From positions 32,001-96,000 of the forward strand of contig JAHQWH010000155.1 of NCBI GenBank assembly GCA_029856105.1: a DNA stretch of 64,000 nt. Reading direction: 5' to 3'. Source of the stretch: Promethearchaeia archaeon. Lineage in GTDB: Archaea > Asgardarchaeota > Lokiarchaeia > Sigyniarchaeales > SOKP01. The stretch's first letter is position 1; every line of letters begins with the position of its first letter. Of this stretch, positions 19,415-30,239 are shown one piece after another. The position numbers and the translations under genes were made by a program. The notes beneath the pieces are model-generated. The model ran no database searches, was not told the origin of the DNA, and saw only the letters and a list, made by a program, of their open reading frames with translations.

Positions 19415-19978
19415 TTATTTCTTTTTTAATATTATGTAAAGAGAATCATCATCATGTGTTTCTTTATATGTTTTAATCTCTACTATTTCATAATCATTTT
19501 CAACTAAATTTATTAAAGATTCTTTAGAATAATATACAAAAAGCAAATCTCCATATCTCTCCTCTTTATCTCCCCTCCATAATGAATGGAAAAGAATTCC
19601 ATTTTCATTAAGCAAATCTTTTTGTTTTTTTAACGATGTTTTAAATTCACTTTTAGTAAGATGTTGAAGAACTTTATTGGAATATATACAATCAAAACTT
19701 CTATTTGTATCTAATTCTCTAGCATCTAATACAAAAACATCTGCATCTTCATGCTTTTTCTTATATAAATCGACAAAGAGAGATGAAATATCTGTTCCAG
19801 TTTCTTTAAAAATTTCGCTTAGAATATCTAAATCTTTTCCCTCTCCCATTCCTAGCTCTAACACTGTTGATCCCGCAGGGAGATGAGTTTTTAAAATTTC
19901 AATTAATTCTTTCCCTTCATAACCCTCAGACATCTTGATATATTCCCTTATATTTTTTTCGTCATCCCAATATCCCAC
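19415..19978 (-). CDS. Class I SAM-dependent methyltransferase
   Basis: VLELGMGEG, FDCIYSNKVLQHL. Confidence 0.88.
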   Translation of the reverse strand: MGYWDDEKNIREYIKMSEGYEGKELIEILKTHLPAGSTVLELGMGEGKDLDILSEIFKETGTDISSLFVDLYKKKHEDADVFVLDARELDTNRSFDCIYSNKVLQHLTKSEFKTSLKKQKDLLNENGILFHSLWRGDKEERYGDLLFVYYSKESLINLVENDYEIVEIKTYKETHDDDSLYIILKKK

Positions 19979-20108
19979 AAAAAATCATCCCTTTGAACAA
20001 ATAATAATCTAATACATATTAAAAATATAATTCTTAAATATGAGAATAAATGTTTAAAAACAGTTAAGTTCAATTATAGTATGTATTTGTATTAAATTTT
20101 AATGTGAT

Positions 20109-21254
20109 ATTAATATATATTCAAAACCAAAAAAAATAGGTCCAATAGAGATTAAAAATCGATTTGTAAGATCGGCTACATTTGAAGGAATGGCAACTGA
20201 AGATGGTTATGTTACTGATCAGCACATCGAACTTTATAAAACTTTAGCTAAAGGAGGAGTAGGTTTAATAATTACGGGTTATGCATATGTTCAAGAGAGT
20301 GGTAAAGCATTCGAAAAACAAACTGGAGTTAGTAGAGATGATTATATACCGGGTTTAAGTAGAATTGCTGAAACAGTTCATAAAAATGGAGATAATTGCA
20401 AAGTTGCTTTACAAATTGCACATTGTGGACATCAATCTCGTTATCTTGAAAATACAATAGCCCCTTCTGCTCAGGAGGAAAAGTTAACCAGAAAGATACC
20501 GCGCGAAATGACTAGAGAAGAAATAAGAGATACTATTGATGCTTTCTCCCAAGCGATCAGAAGAGCAAAAGAAGCTGGTTTCGACGCTGTGCAGTTACAT
20601 GGAGCTCATGGATATATCATAACTCAATTTCTTTCTCCTTATATAAACAAAAGAACGGATGATTATGGGGGAAGCATAGAGAATAGAACTAGGTTCCTTG
20701 AAGAAATTTACAATAAAAGTGTTGAGTTGGTTGGAAAGGAATTTCCAATCTTTATAAAAATGAATGGTGTTGATTTTATAGAGGGAGGAACTACTATAAG
20801 TGAATCTACTGAGGTTGCTAAAAGGTTAGAAAATATAGGGTATGCCGCAATTGAAGTCAGTGCAGGAATATGGGAAGTTGCAAAATTAAAAAAGAAAGAT
20901 CTTGGTTGGAAATCAACATTTTTACCAGAAAGTCGAATCTTTATTGGAACGATGAATGAACCTGCTTATAATCTAGCTTATGCAAAAGAATTCAAGAAAG
21001 TTCTTGATATACCCGTTATTCTAATTGGAGGTATTAACTCCCTCGATCTAGTAGAACAAATATTATCTAATGAAAGTGCTGACTTCGTGTCATTTTCTAG
21101 ACCCTTAATCCGAGAACCAGATCTTCCTAATAGATGGATGAAAGGTATTGGAAACCAAAAAGTAGATTGTATATTCTGCAATGGTTGTTTAGCTACGACA
21201 GTTACTCCAGGCTTACGATGTGCTAAATTACATGAGTCTAGTGCAGGTAATTAA
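20109..21254 (+). CDS. NADH:flavin oxidoreductase (Old Yellow Enzyme family)
   Basis: KIGPIEIKNRFVRSAT lies upstream of ATG 20190; QIAHCG, GFDAVQLHGAHGY, NKRTDDYGGS. Start probably ATT 20109 or ATA 20115. Confidence 0.92.
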   Translation: MNIYSKPKKIGPIEIKNRFVRSATFEGMATEDGYVTDQHIELYKTLAKGGVGLIITGYAYVQESGKAFEKQTGVSRDDYIPGLSRIAETVHKNGDNCKVALQIAHCGHQSRYLENTIAPSAQEEKLTRKIPREMTREEIRDTIDAFSQAIRRAKEAGFDAVQLHGAHGYIITQFLSPYINKRTDDYGGSIENRTRFLEEIYNKSVELVGKEFPIFIKMNGVDFIEGGTTISESTEVAKRLENIGYAAIEVSAGIWEVAKLKKKDLGWKSTFLPESRIFIGTMNEPAYNLAYAKEFKKVLDIPVILIGGINSLDLVEQILSNESADFVSFSRPLIREPDLPNRWMKGIGNQKVDCIFCNGCLATTVTPGLRCAKLHESSAGN

Positions 21255-21283
21255 TTAAAATCCGTAAAAATGGTAGAAGAAAT

Positions 21284-22051
21284 ATGAGTAAATACGAAAA
21301 AACAGATGAGAAACTAAACAAATATCTTCGGTTAGCTACTTTCCCCGTTGCCGTAAAATTACTACAGAATCCCGAAGAATTAAATGGTATTAAATTTTTA
21401 AAAAAAACCGAAAAAAAAATTGCGCTTTGTCAAATATTCAGTTATGCGAGGTATTACGGATGGACAATGGGGTGTGTAAAGGAGGATAATTTATGTCCAC
21501 TAGCCGAAATAAGTCTCGGATTTGAAAAATCAAATAAACTTTTCGAAGAGGGTGCTTTTTTTGTAGGAAGATACAATGAGACAAAAGAAGCGGCTAAGAA
21601 AACCACTGCTACAATGCCTAAATTACCATTTGGCCAATATTCTGCGGTTGTTTCTGGCGCTTTAAGTCGCGTTGATTTTGATCCCGATTTGATTCTAATT
21701 TGGGGGAATTCTGCCCAGATTATGAGAATAATCCAGGGATCTTTGTGGAAAAAAGGAGGGAGGGTTTCAATGTCAACTTTTTGTGATGGAGTTTGTGCAG
21801 ATACTATTTCAAATGCCATTCTTACGGGTGAACTACAAGTTGCATTTCCATGTCTTGGCGATCGCCGTTTTGGTATGGCAACTGATACGGATTTAATTGC
21901 CTCAATACCTATGGGAATTGTTGAAGAAATAATAGAAGGTATGGAAAAAACCCACAGAGCCGGAACTAGATACCCTGTACCTTTTCAATTATCTACTCCT
22001 GAATTTTTTGTAAAACTAAAAAAACAATTAGATAAAGCTAAGAAAAACTAA
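21284..22051 (+). CDS. DUF169-family protein
   Basis: PVAVK, CQ..SYAR, CPLAEISLG, PDLILIWG, CAD, PCLGDR. Confidence 0.88.
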   Translation: MSKYEKTDEKLNKYLRLATFPVAVKLLQNPEELNGIKFLKKTEKKIALCQIFSYARYYGWTMGCVKEDNLCPLAEISLGFEKSNKLFEEGAFFVGRYNETKEAAKKTTATMPKLPFGQYSAVVSGALSRVDFDPDLILIWGNSAQIMRIIQGSLWKKGGRVSMSTFCDGVCADTISNAILTGELQVAFPCLGDRRFGMATDTDLIASIPMGIVEEIIEGMEKTHRAGTRYPVPFQLSTPEFFVKLKKQLDKAKKN

Positions 22052-22156
22052 AAAAGAAATCAATTTTGCAAAAATCAGATATAAATTATAAGATTTTTAA
22101 CTGAACATTTATTTATCCTAAATATTATATAAAATTCTTATAAAAATTAGATTATT

Positions 22157-22897
22157 ATGACAATTCAAGCCCTTGATATTACTAATGGTATTGTTCTCAT
22201 AATTTTTTGCGCTCTTAATATTTATGTAGGTACTAGAATATCTTTGAAATATTTTAAATATAAACAGAGAGAATTATTATTGGTTGGCTTAGTATGGATA
22301 TTTTTGACTTGTCCATGGTATCCTGCGTCTATCTCATTTATATTATACCTTTTAACTGGAAATTCTTTAACGAATATTCCTTATTTTATAATCGGAAATA
22401 TTTTTATACCGATAGCGGTCATTTTTTGGATGATTACCTTAAAATATTTTATATTTAAAGAGAGAAAGAAGTTAATAATGATATTGTCAGGTGTTTATGG
22501 ATTAATTTTTTATATAATATTTTTTCTTCTATTAGGTATTAATCCTAATCTGATAGGTCAATTGAAAGGATTAACTGATGTTCAATATGGCATGTTTATT
22601 GTGGTTTATGTTCTTTCAATCTTAATAATATTAATGGGGACTGGATTTTTATTTACTCGAGAATCATTAAAGTCAGAAGATCTCGAAATTCGATTAAAAG
22701 GTAAACTAATATTTATTGCTTTTATCCTATTTACTATAGGTAGTGGTTTAGATACTTCAATTCCGTTAAATTTTGTGACTCTTCCGATAATTCGAGGGTT
22801 TGAGATAGCAAGTGCTATAGTATTTTACTTTGGCTTTTTTTTACCGAAATGGTTTAAGAATTTTATAAAAAAAGAAGGATCTCTAAAAGAAGATTAA
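22157..22897 (+). CDS. Hypothetical multi-pass (about 7 TM) membrane protein
   Basis: About seven hydrophobic segments; ends FYFGFFLPKWFK. Confidence 0.75.
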   Translation: MTIQALDITNGIVLIIFCALNIYVGTRISLKYFKYKQRELLLVGLVWIFLTCPWYPASISFILYLLTGNSLTNIPYFIIGNIFIPIAVIFWMITLKYFIFKERKKLIMILSGVYGLIFYIIFFLLLGINPNLIGQLKGLTDVQYGMFIVVYVLSILIILMGTGFLFTRESLKSEDLEIRLKGKLIFIAFILFTIGSGLDTSIPLNFVTLPIIRGFEIASAIVFYFGFFLPKWFKNFIKKEGSLKED

Positions 22898-23042
22898 TTA
22901 TTTAACTATCTATTTTTAATATGATTCGGGGTATTTTTTTTTACATTTATTATTAAAATAGATTTTTATTAGGAGTATTTTTAATTTAAGAAAAATTGTT
23001 CCTAAATATTGTATTAATCTCTAAAATTCAATATTCTATGAA

Positions 23043-23918
23043 GTGAGGAGATCAAAAATTCGAAAAAGTAAATTAATAACCTTAGATGATGCAATTTCTA
23101 CTTACGTTCAAGATGGTGATCTAGTTGGTTTTGGGGGACTTTCGTTTTGGAGAAAACCGATAGAAGCATGTAGAGAGATAATTAGACAAGACAAAAAGGA
23201 CTTATCTCTTTGCACTTTTGTTGGAGGGATCGAAATTGATATGCTTGTAGCTGCAGGTTGTGCGTCTCAAGTGAGAGCCTGTTTCGTAGGAATGGAAATT
23301 TTTGGTATGGCTCCAAATTATAGGAAAGCTGTTGAGTCCGGATCAATAAAGATTTCTGAAGAAAGCGAAGCTTCTATTGCTTTAGGATTAAGAGCATCCT
23401 ATTTGAAAGTGCCTTTCATGCCTTTAAAAGGTATTATAGGAACTGATATGCCAAAAGTAAGGAATGATATTAAACAATTTAAAGATCCCTTGGGCTCAGA
23501 TACAGAGTTAATGGCATTGCCCAAAATAGATTTGGATGTGGCTATCTTACACGTTCCTTATGCAGATGAATATGGAAATGGAAATATTGCTGGAGCTGTT
23601 TGGATGGATGACGATATGGCAAAAACCGCTAAAAAAACGATTATAATAACGGAAAAATTAGTCGAAACAGAGGATATTAGGTATTTACCAGGGAAAGCGC
23701 AATTACCAATGCAAACAACAACCGCGGTAGTTAAGATCCCTTACGGGGCACACCCTACAAGTTGTTATCCCTTCTATACATTCGATCCTCTTCACATTCA
23801 AGCATATTTAAAAGCAGATTTTAAAAATTATAAAGAGAAATTTATTTCTGGAAAAAATTCCGTTCAGTATTTAGAGGAAGCTGGAGGAGTTCAAACTATT
23901 TTAAATATATTATTATAG
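23043..23918 (+). CDS. Family I CoA-transferase alpha subunit (GctA/IpdA-like)
   Basis: VQDGD..GFGG, EIIRQ, LRA...VPFMP, DVAILH, GAHPT. True start may be ATT 23058. Confidence 0.9.
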   Translation: MRRSKIRKSKLITLDDAISTYVQDGDLVGFGGLSFWRKPIEACREIIRQDKKDLSLCTFVGGIEIDMLVAAGCASQVRACFVGMEIFGMAPNYRKAVESGSIKISEESEASIALGLRASYLKVPFMPLKGIIGTDMPKVRNDIKQFKDPLGSDTELMALPKIDLDVAILHVPYADEYGNGNIAGAVWMDDDMAKTAKKTIIITEKLVETEDIRYLPGKAQLPMQTTTAVVKIPYGAHPTSCYPFYTFDPLHIQAYLKADFKNYKEKFISGKNSVQYLEEAGGVQTILNILL

Positions 23919-23929
23919 GAGGTAAAAGT

Positions 23930-24814
23930 ATGACTGAATTTTCAAAAGAGTATACTATAGATGAATTAATGACAGTTTTAATGGCGAGAGAAGTCAGAAA
24001 TGATGATGTTATGATCGTAGGGGTGGCAACACCCATGGTCTGGGCAGCTTTTACTCTAGCAAAATTAACACATGCCCCTGATGCAATTTATCATTATATT
24101 ATGGGAAATACTTTTGTTATAGAACCACGACAGGTTTCTCTTCTTTATTTAGAAATGAATACAGCACGAGCGTATAGATTCCAAAATTCTGTTGAATGTA
24201 CCTTGGAGTCACTTCCTTCCGAAAAATTGACGACCATAGAATTTTTTCGACCCGCTCAAATAGACCAATTTGGAAATTCTAATAATGTATGTATAGGAGA
24301 TTGGAAAAGTCCGAAAATAAGGCTACCTGGGGCCGCAGGAATTTTAGATTTTAGTATGTTCTACAAAAGAGGATCTTTTTTATATACACCCCGACACGAT
24401 TCAAGAACTTTTGTTTCAACAGAAAGGCTCTTCTTCATCTCCGGAGTAGGATTCCCTGAAGGAAAACCATCGATATGTGGAGGATCTGGTCCTCAATGCG
24501 TCATAACTAATCTAGCATATTTAGATTTTGATGGAAAAAGCAAAAGAATGAGGTTGGCATCAATTCATCCAGGTGTCGTTATAGATACCGTTAAAGACTC
24601 AACAGGATTTGATTTGATTATTCCGAATGATTTAAAAGAAACAAAACCTCCTACCGTTAAAGAAATAGACCTATTAAGAGAGAATGTTGATCCTTTAAAG
24701 ATAAGAAAATTAGAAGTTCTTTCAGGCAATGAACGAGAAGAGCTATTAGATGAAATAATTCAAAAAGAATTAGCAAAGGAAAATAAGTTTCCAAAACTGT
24801 TAAAATGTAATTAA
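23930..24814 (+). CDS. Family I CoA-transferase beta subunit (GctB-like)
   Basis: AQIDQFGN, RLPGAAG, VITNL, HPGV, TGFDL. Confidence 0.9.
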   Translation: MTEFSKEYTIDELMTVLMAREVRNDDVMIVGVATPMVWAAFTLAKLTHAPDAIYHYIMGNTFVIEPRQVSLLYLEMNTARAYRFQNSVECTLESLPSEKLTTIEFFRPAQIDQFGNSNNVCIGDWKSPKIRLPGAAGILDFSMFYKRGSFLYTPRHDSRTFVSTERLFFISGVGFPEGKPSICGGSGPQCVITNLAYLDFDGKSKRMRLASIHPGVVIDTVKDSTGFDLIIPNDLKETKPPTVKEIDLLRENVDPLKIRKLEVLSGNEREELLDEIIQKELAKENKFPKLLKCN

Positions 24815-24836
24815 TAAGTATTAATGTGAATTTCTT

Positions 24837-25625
24837 ATGGATGAAAAAAATCAAAAAAATCAAACTATAGAGCTAATTAAGAATAGAAGAACGATTCGCA
24901 CATATGATCCAAAACCACTAACTCAAGATGAGATTGATGCAATCGTTCAAGGCGCAATGAGGGCTCCTACAGCCGGAAATCTGATGATGTATTCGATTAT
25001 TCAAGTAAGTGATCAAAAATTAAAAGATAAATTAGTAAAAACTTGCGATAATCAACCCCTTATAGCTAAAGCGCCGTTGGTCCTATTGTTTTTAGCGGAC
25101 ATGCAAAGATGGTGGGATTTCTTTAGAGTTAGCAATGTCAAGGAAAAATGCAATGAAATAGGTAGGGAGTTCCAAACGCCTCAAGAGTCTGATTTACTTC
25201 TCGCTTGTTGCGATGCATTAATTGCTGCCCAAAATTCTGTAATTACCGCTGAAGCTTTAGATATTGGTTCGTGCTATATTGGAGATATAATGGAGAACTA
25301 TGAAATTCACCGTGAGATGTTTAACCTTCCCAAATGGGTGTTTCCTATAACTTTGTTATGTTATGGACGCCCCAAAGGAGATAAAAACAAAATTCCTCTT
25401 TTAACACGCTTTCCTAAAAAATATATCCAGTTTACAAACCAGTATTCAAGGTTATCTATGAATGATTTCAACAATATGCTTGAAAATGACCCGAGAAAAA
25501 TAGTAGTTAAAGAAGCAGAAAATATGGGACAACAGCTATATCTTGGTAAACTAGGAGCAGAATTTACGGTGGAAATGCGTCGTTCTGTTAAGGTTGCACT
25601 CAAAGAATGGCTTAGAAAAGACTAG
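24837..25625 (+). CDS. Nitroreductase (NfsA/FRP-like)
   Basis: RRTIR, APTAGN, DALIAAQN, GSCYIG. Confidence 0.92.
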   Translation: MDEKNQKNQTIELIKNRRTIRTYDPKPLTQDEIDAIVQGAMRAPTAGNLMMYSIIQVSDQKLKDKLVKTCDNQPLIAKAPLVLLFLADMQRWWDFFRVSNVKEKCNEIGREFQTPQESDLLLACCDALIAAQNSVITAEALDIGSCYIGDIMENYEIHREMFNLPKWVFPITLLCYGRPKGDKNKIPLLTRFPKKYIQFTNQYSRLSMNDFNNMLENDPRKIVVKEAENMGQQLYLGKLGAEFTVEMRRSVKVALKEWLRKD

Positions 25626-25663
25626 GAATTAATAATTAATGAAAAAAAAATTATGAGACTAAA

Positions 25664-27163
25664 CTAAATAATATCATCCCAAGCAGCTCGTTCTTTATCG
25701 AGAAATTTTTCAGCTACTTTAAATTCCTTACCTATTAGCATTGTCGATCTTTTCTCAATATCGTAAGCGGGCCATTTAGGAATGCCATCGTGGTTAGGAT
25801 TTCCAGTACGAGCAAATGCAATCCAAGCATCCATTATTTTGTTGCTAATGGCTTCAGTTTCAGGATTATTACCGGCAAAATCCGCCATACCAGGAACATC
25901 AAGCGAATTAAAAACGAATGGTATTTCGAGAGCGTGACAAGCTCCTAATTTTCCATCGAATACGGGGGATGACCAAGTAAACAAGTAATTGTATGTATTA
26001 ACCTGATGCGTACTCTGCGCTTCAAGCAATTTAATCGTTGAAATGCGAAAAATATAATCGGTCATAAGAGCGTTCATTATCTCTTTAGGTTCTGTGGAAA
26101 ATTCACTTTCCCTCGCTTTTCTGTAAGTATCGATCATTACTTTGCTCTTATTCATATCAATGCCTAATCTGCTTAAAAATCCGACTAGGAGTTTTTCCCC
26201 CCCAGCATCACTCATTTTGCTTATTTCCGGACTAAGAGCTGTAAACAACTTAGCCTCATCCAAATTAGTGCCTATCATAAATTCAATATTCCCAAAATTA
26301 CCGTTTTGAAATGCTTTTAACGGATGTATGGGTAGTGTATCACCATCAATTAAAGGTCGAAAAGCAAGGAGATTGGTAGGGTCTTCTGCAAGAAGCTTGT
26401 TTTGTGCTTCAATAATTTTTTCGGGAGATATTTCACGCAAAGCATTAAGATCTCCTTTTTGAATTCCTAACATACGCATTAATCGTTTTGTAGGTTTCTT
26501 GGTTACCTTTGGATCAATAGCAGGGGCACTTTGAGCAATAACACGGCGAAAAAGTCCTTTAGTAGCTGGCATTGCGGGTAACGTAACAACTGCATAACCT
26601 CCAGCAGATTCACCAAAAATCGTAACATTAGAGGGATCACCACCAAATAATTCGATATTCTCCTGGACCCATTCTAGAGCTAAAATTTGATCAAGTTGTC
26701 CTACATTGGCAGTAACATCAGGAAGATATAGATAACCTAAAGCGCCTAACCGATAATTAATAGTAACCACTACAATATCCCCACGCTGTGCTAAGGTTGA
26801 ACCATTATACATAGGGTCGATCCCGCCTCCCATAATAAAAGCACCACCATGTATCCAGAACATTACTGGGCGTTTGTTATTATCTGCGGCGGGCGTCCAA
26901 ATATTAAGAGTTAAACAATCCTCACTTTCGGGTTTAAGTTTGCCAGTAAGTTCTTCGAGCTGAGTATATCCTTGAAAAGCACAATGTCCATATTTGGTAG
27001 TATCAAGCACATCATCCCAATTTCTTTTTGCAATGGGAGGAGTGAATCGTAGATCGCCTATAGGAGGCTCTCCATAAGGAATTCCTTTAAATATATCTAA
27101 TCCTTTTTCCTTATAACCTTGGATTTTACCAGATTTAGTTTTAATAACAACCATTTTATTCAT
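25664..27163 (-). CDS. Type B carboxylesterase
   Basis: SEDCLTLNIW, WIHGG, NYRLG, FGESAG, ACHALE. Confidence 0.95.
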   Translation of the reverse strand: MNKMVVIKTKSGKIQGYKEKGLDIFKGIPYGEPPIGDLRFTPPIAKRNWDDVLDTTKYGHCAFQGYTQLEELTGKLKPESEDCLTLNIWTPAADNNKRPVMFWIHGGAFIMGGGIDPMYNGSTLAQRGDIVVVTINYRLGALGYLYLPDVTANVGQLDQILALEWVQENIELFGGDPSNVTIFGESAGGYAVVTLPAMPATKGLFRRVIAQSAPAIDPKVTKKPTKRLMRMLGIQKGDLNALREISPEKIIEAQNKLLAEDPTNLLAFRPLIDGDTLPIHPLKAFQNGNFGNIEFMIGTNLDEAKLFTALSPEISKMSDAGGEKLLVGFLSRLGIDMNKSKVMIDTYRKARESEFSTEPKEIMNALMTDYIFRISTIKLLEAQSTHQVNTYNYLFTWSSPVFDGKLGACHALEIPFVFNSLDVPGMADFAGNNPETEAISNKIMDAWIAFARTGNPNHDGIPKWPAYDIEKRSTMLIGKEFKVAEKFLDKERAAWDDII

Positions 27164-27282
27164 AATCTTTCATTATTTTTATTATAATTATTTTATATTA
27201 GTTGAAAAATAATAAAAATATGTTTTTTATGAAGTATCTTTTCTTAGAAGAAAAAAAAATCTTGAATTAACTAAGACTATTT

Positions 27283-28023
27283 TTAGCTAAAATTTCTGTT
27301 AGGAAATAATTCGATTTTACGTCCTTTATGTTTAAATAAAATCAAATCTTTTTTTTTTAATTTATCAATGTGATACTTCACTGTACTTCGATTTAAATGT
27401 AGTTGAAGAGCAATTGCACTGGAATTAATTCCAGGGTTCTTTTCAATTAAATCCAATACTTTTAAGGAAGTTTTAGATTTTCCAATAAGTAATCGGGAAT
27501 ATTGATTTTGATCTTTGGTCATCTTTATAGGAAAAAAAACGCTAAACTGTCCTACTTTTTCCTTTTTTATAATTCCATATTGCATTAACACATATAGATG
27601 CCATTGTAATTGTCCTTTTTGCAAATTACATTGGCGAAGGAGCTCATTATTATGAATCCCTGGTTCTTGAAGAATACTGGTGATTATTTTTTTGCGATTT
27701 TCATTTTCAAAGATATCGTTGTAAGATAAGATGTGGTGTCCTTTAGTTGAAAAATCTTTTCCTTTGAAATACATCTTATATTCTTTAACTGTTAACGAAA
27801 GAAAAACCGATATTAAACCTAAAATCAGAACAGAAATAAATGCTATAAATGCCCATTTGATGGTATTATCTTCTGAGAAGAAATTTTCTTCAATTATTGA
27901 TATATATATCTGATAATCAACGAACGATAGAAGAATAATGAGTAATAGTACAAATCCTAATTTAAAATAAAAAGATATTTTGGTATGTTTAAATTTTTTA
28001 TCAAAATTACTCATAGTTTTCAA
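27283..28023 (-). CDS. Membrane-anchored double winged-HTH transcriptional regulator
   Basis: Two N-terminal TMs, then PGIH...LQWHL and NPGI...TVKYHI. Confidence 0.82.
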   Translation of the reverse strand: MKTMSNFDKKFKHTKISFYFKLGFVLLLIILLSFVDYQIYISIIEENFFSEDNTIKWAFIAFISVLILGLISVFLSLTVKEYKMYFKGKDFSTKGHHILSYNDIFENENRKKIITSILQEPGIHNNELLRQCNLQKGQLQWHLYVLMQYGIIKKEKVGQFSVFFPIKMTKDQNQYSRLLIGKSKTSLKVLDLIEKNPGINSSAIALQLHLNRSTVKYHIDKLKKKDLILFKHKGRKIELFPNRNFS

Positions 28024-28064
28024 ATTTTCCCTTGATTACATATATGTAAAATTTACCGCTAGTT

Positions 28065-28661
28065 TTATGAACTTATCCTTTTTAGTTTATCTTTTTTTTT
28101 AAGTTTCAAAAAAGGAATCATAAAAGCCACCGTATTTTTGTATTCTAAATAATCTCCTTTATATTTCGATTTTAAGTATAAATCTTCAATTCCAGCTAAC
28201 AGAAGATAAGTTAACGCTTCAATAATCCAAATAGATACAACCCACGTTAACTCGTTACTTAATTCATGTATAAATGGAAAGACTGGACTTGTATTTAAGC
28301 ATATCATAGTAAGTCCAAAAGTCATAATAATTATTCCAAGATATTGTGGATGCCTTACATACTTATATGGTCCCTTTTGAATTAATCCCTTCCAATGAGT
28401 TAATTGATAAACTAAAGAAATTAAAAAGATCACCCCGCCTAACAAAGCTACATAAGTCCCAGGGTATCCAAAAAAGAATTTAAAATCAAATAAAAGAATA
28501 TCAGGATAGCTCAAAAAATTAATGAAATAAGAGATCAAAGGCAAACTCATTATTCCGAACCATATAGATGCACACGGGACAAACTGGAAAAATGGGATCA
28601 TCACAGCTGAAGAGTTTAATGCAATAGCTTTTATTTTATCAAAATACCGATTTAAATTCAT
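28065..28661 (-). CDS. PEMT/ICMT-like membrane methyltransferase
   Basis: GPYKYVRHPQYLG, ED..L...Y..Y. Confidence 0.85.
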   Translation of the reverse strand: MNLNRYFDKIKAIALNSSAVMIPFFQFVPCASIWFGIMSLPLISYFINFLSYPDILLFDFKFFFGYPGTYVALLGGVIFLISLVYQLTHWKGLIQKGPYKYVRHPQYLGIIIMTFGLTMICLNTSPVFPFIHELSNELTWVVSIWIIEALTYLLLAGIEDLYLKSKYKGDYLEYKNTVAFMIPFLKLKKKDKLKRISS

Positions 28662-28779
28662 TTTATTTCTTCTTTTTTTATTATGTTTTTTTATAATTCT
28701 ATAACTAAAAAATTAGAAGAAATTTAGTTAAAAAAGGTTTGAGGTGCACTTTTTAAACATTTCTATAAATAAAAAAGAT

Positions 28780-29757
28780 TTAACTATTTTTTTTTATTTC
28801 TAAGGTTATTTTATCAAAAATTTTATGAATAGAGCTATAAATATTGAATTTACCGTCTTCCAAAGCGTTTTTTACAATATTAGTTACTTCGTTTTCGTCT
28901 ACAAAATTTTCCATGATAAGCTTTTCAACTTTAGAAAAAAGAAGTTCCTTAATTTTGTAAGAAAATCGATTTTTTTTCTTTTCGTTGATATTTCCTGAAA
29001 GTTCAACATGTTCTTTATGATCCCAAATACTTTGGAGAAGTTCGTCGATACCCTCGCCACTGATTGCATCAGTCAATACAACTGGGGGCCGATACCCGCT
29101 CTGAAATATCGTATCGTCAAGCATCATTTCAATTTGTACGGCTATGTCTTCTCCTCCTAAATCTTTTTTGTTAACATCGTAAATATCTCCTATTTCAATA
29201 ATCCCTGCTTTTTGCATTTGAATAACGTCTCCATAACCAGGAACTAAAATTACAACAACAGTATATACTAAATTGTACACATCGAATTCAGCTTGTCCGA
29301 CGCCAACAGTTTCAATAATGATTATATCCATGCCAAAAGCTTCGTATAGCATGCTAATATCAAAAACTGCTCTTGAAATTCCTCCTTGATACCCTCTCGA
29401 TGCAAGACTACGCATGAAAACGTTAGGGTGTAAGCAGATATTAGTCATTCTAACCCTATCCCCTAAAAAAGCACCTCCACTAAAAGGAGACGTTGGATCT
29501 ACAGAAATAATACCTACAGTTTTTCCTTCGTCTAACATTTTTTGAGCTATTGCCCCGGTTAAAGTGCTCTTTCCAACGCCAGGAGAACCTGTAAGTCCAA
29601 TAATATAAGAGTCGTGATTTATATTTTCAAAATGCTTGAAAATCTTAGAAGCCTTCTCAGGTTCGTTTTCAACAATTGTTATTAATCTAGCTAAAGCAAT
29701 TTTATCTTTCTTTTTAACTCTGTTAACTAAAGATTCTATAATGTCGTCATTCGTCAA
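28780..29757 (-). CDS. meaB: MeaB/ArgK GTPase, mutase chaperone
   Basis: GSPGVGKST, VDPTSPFSGGAFLGDRVRM, IETVGVGQ. Confidence 0.95.
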   Translation of the reverse strand: MTNDDIIESLVNRVKKKDKIALARLITIVENEPEKASKIFKHFENINHDSYIIGLTGSPGVGKSTLTGAIAQKMLDEGKTVGIISVDPTSPFSGGAFLGDRVRMTNICLHPNVFMRSLASRGYQGGISRAVFDISMLYEAFGMDIIIIETVGVGQAEFDVYNLVYTVVVILVPGYGDVIQMQKAGIIEIGDIYDVNKKDLGGEDIAVQIEMMLDDTIFQSGYRPPVVLTDAISGEGIDELLQSIWDHKEHVELSGNINEKKKNRFSYKIKELLFSKVEKLIMENFVDENEVTNIVKNALEDGKFNIYSSIHKIFDKITLEIKKNS

Positions 29758-29826
29758 TAAAATACATCCTCAGATAAATTTTTGATATGAAATATTAATT
29801 AGATAAAAAAATTAAACATGTTTATT

Positions 29827-30225
29827 TTATTTTTTGAGATGAGTTCTAATAAACTCAACAATGTCAGAAGTCATGCTTCCTGGGCCATAAATGTTAGCTA
29901 CACCCATCTCTTTTAATTTTGTAAAATCTTGAGCGGGAATAACTCCTCCTACTAAGACGAGAATGTCGTTGAGCACTCCTTTTTCCTTTAAAAGATCAAT
30001 TACTTGTTTTGTATATGCGAAATGAGCCCCACTGTGTATGGATAAACCAAGAACATCGACATCCTCTTGAATTGCTGCTTCTACGATCTGTTTTGCATTC
30101 TGAAAACCTCCAAAAATGAGTTCCATGCCAGCATCTCTTAAGGCTCTTGATACTACGATCCCGCCCCTCCAATGACCATCAATTCCTGGTTTAGACATTA
30201 ATACTCTAATCTTTTTCTCACTCAT
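29827..30225 (-). CDS. Acyl-CoA mutase small (B12-binding) subunit
   Basis: DGHWRG (DxHxxG), GLSIHSG, VGGVIP; ATG at 30225. Confidence 0.93.
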   Translation of the reverse strand: MSEKKIRVLMSKPGIDGHWRGGIVVSRALRDAGMELIFGGFQNAKQIVEAAIQEDVDVLGLSIHSGAHFAYTKQVIDLLKEKGVLNDILVLVGGVIPAQDFTKLKEMGVANIYGPGSMTSDIVEFIRTHLKK

Positions 30226-30239
30226 ATTTAACACCTTAA

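Noticed and set aside
20041-20190. Hidden intron explaining the missing ATG of the OYE gene (likewise AAA ATPase and hydrolase 2)
   Set aside because: No BHB-like structure or upstream exon; non-canonical initiation is the simpler explanation.
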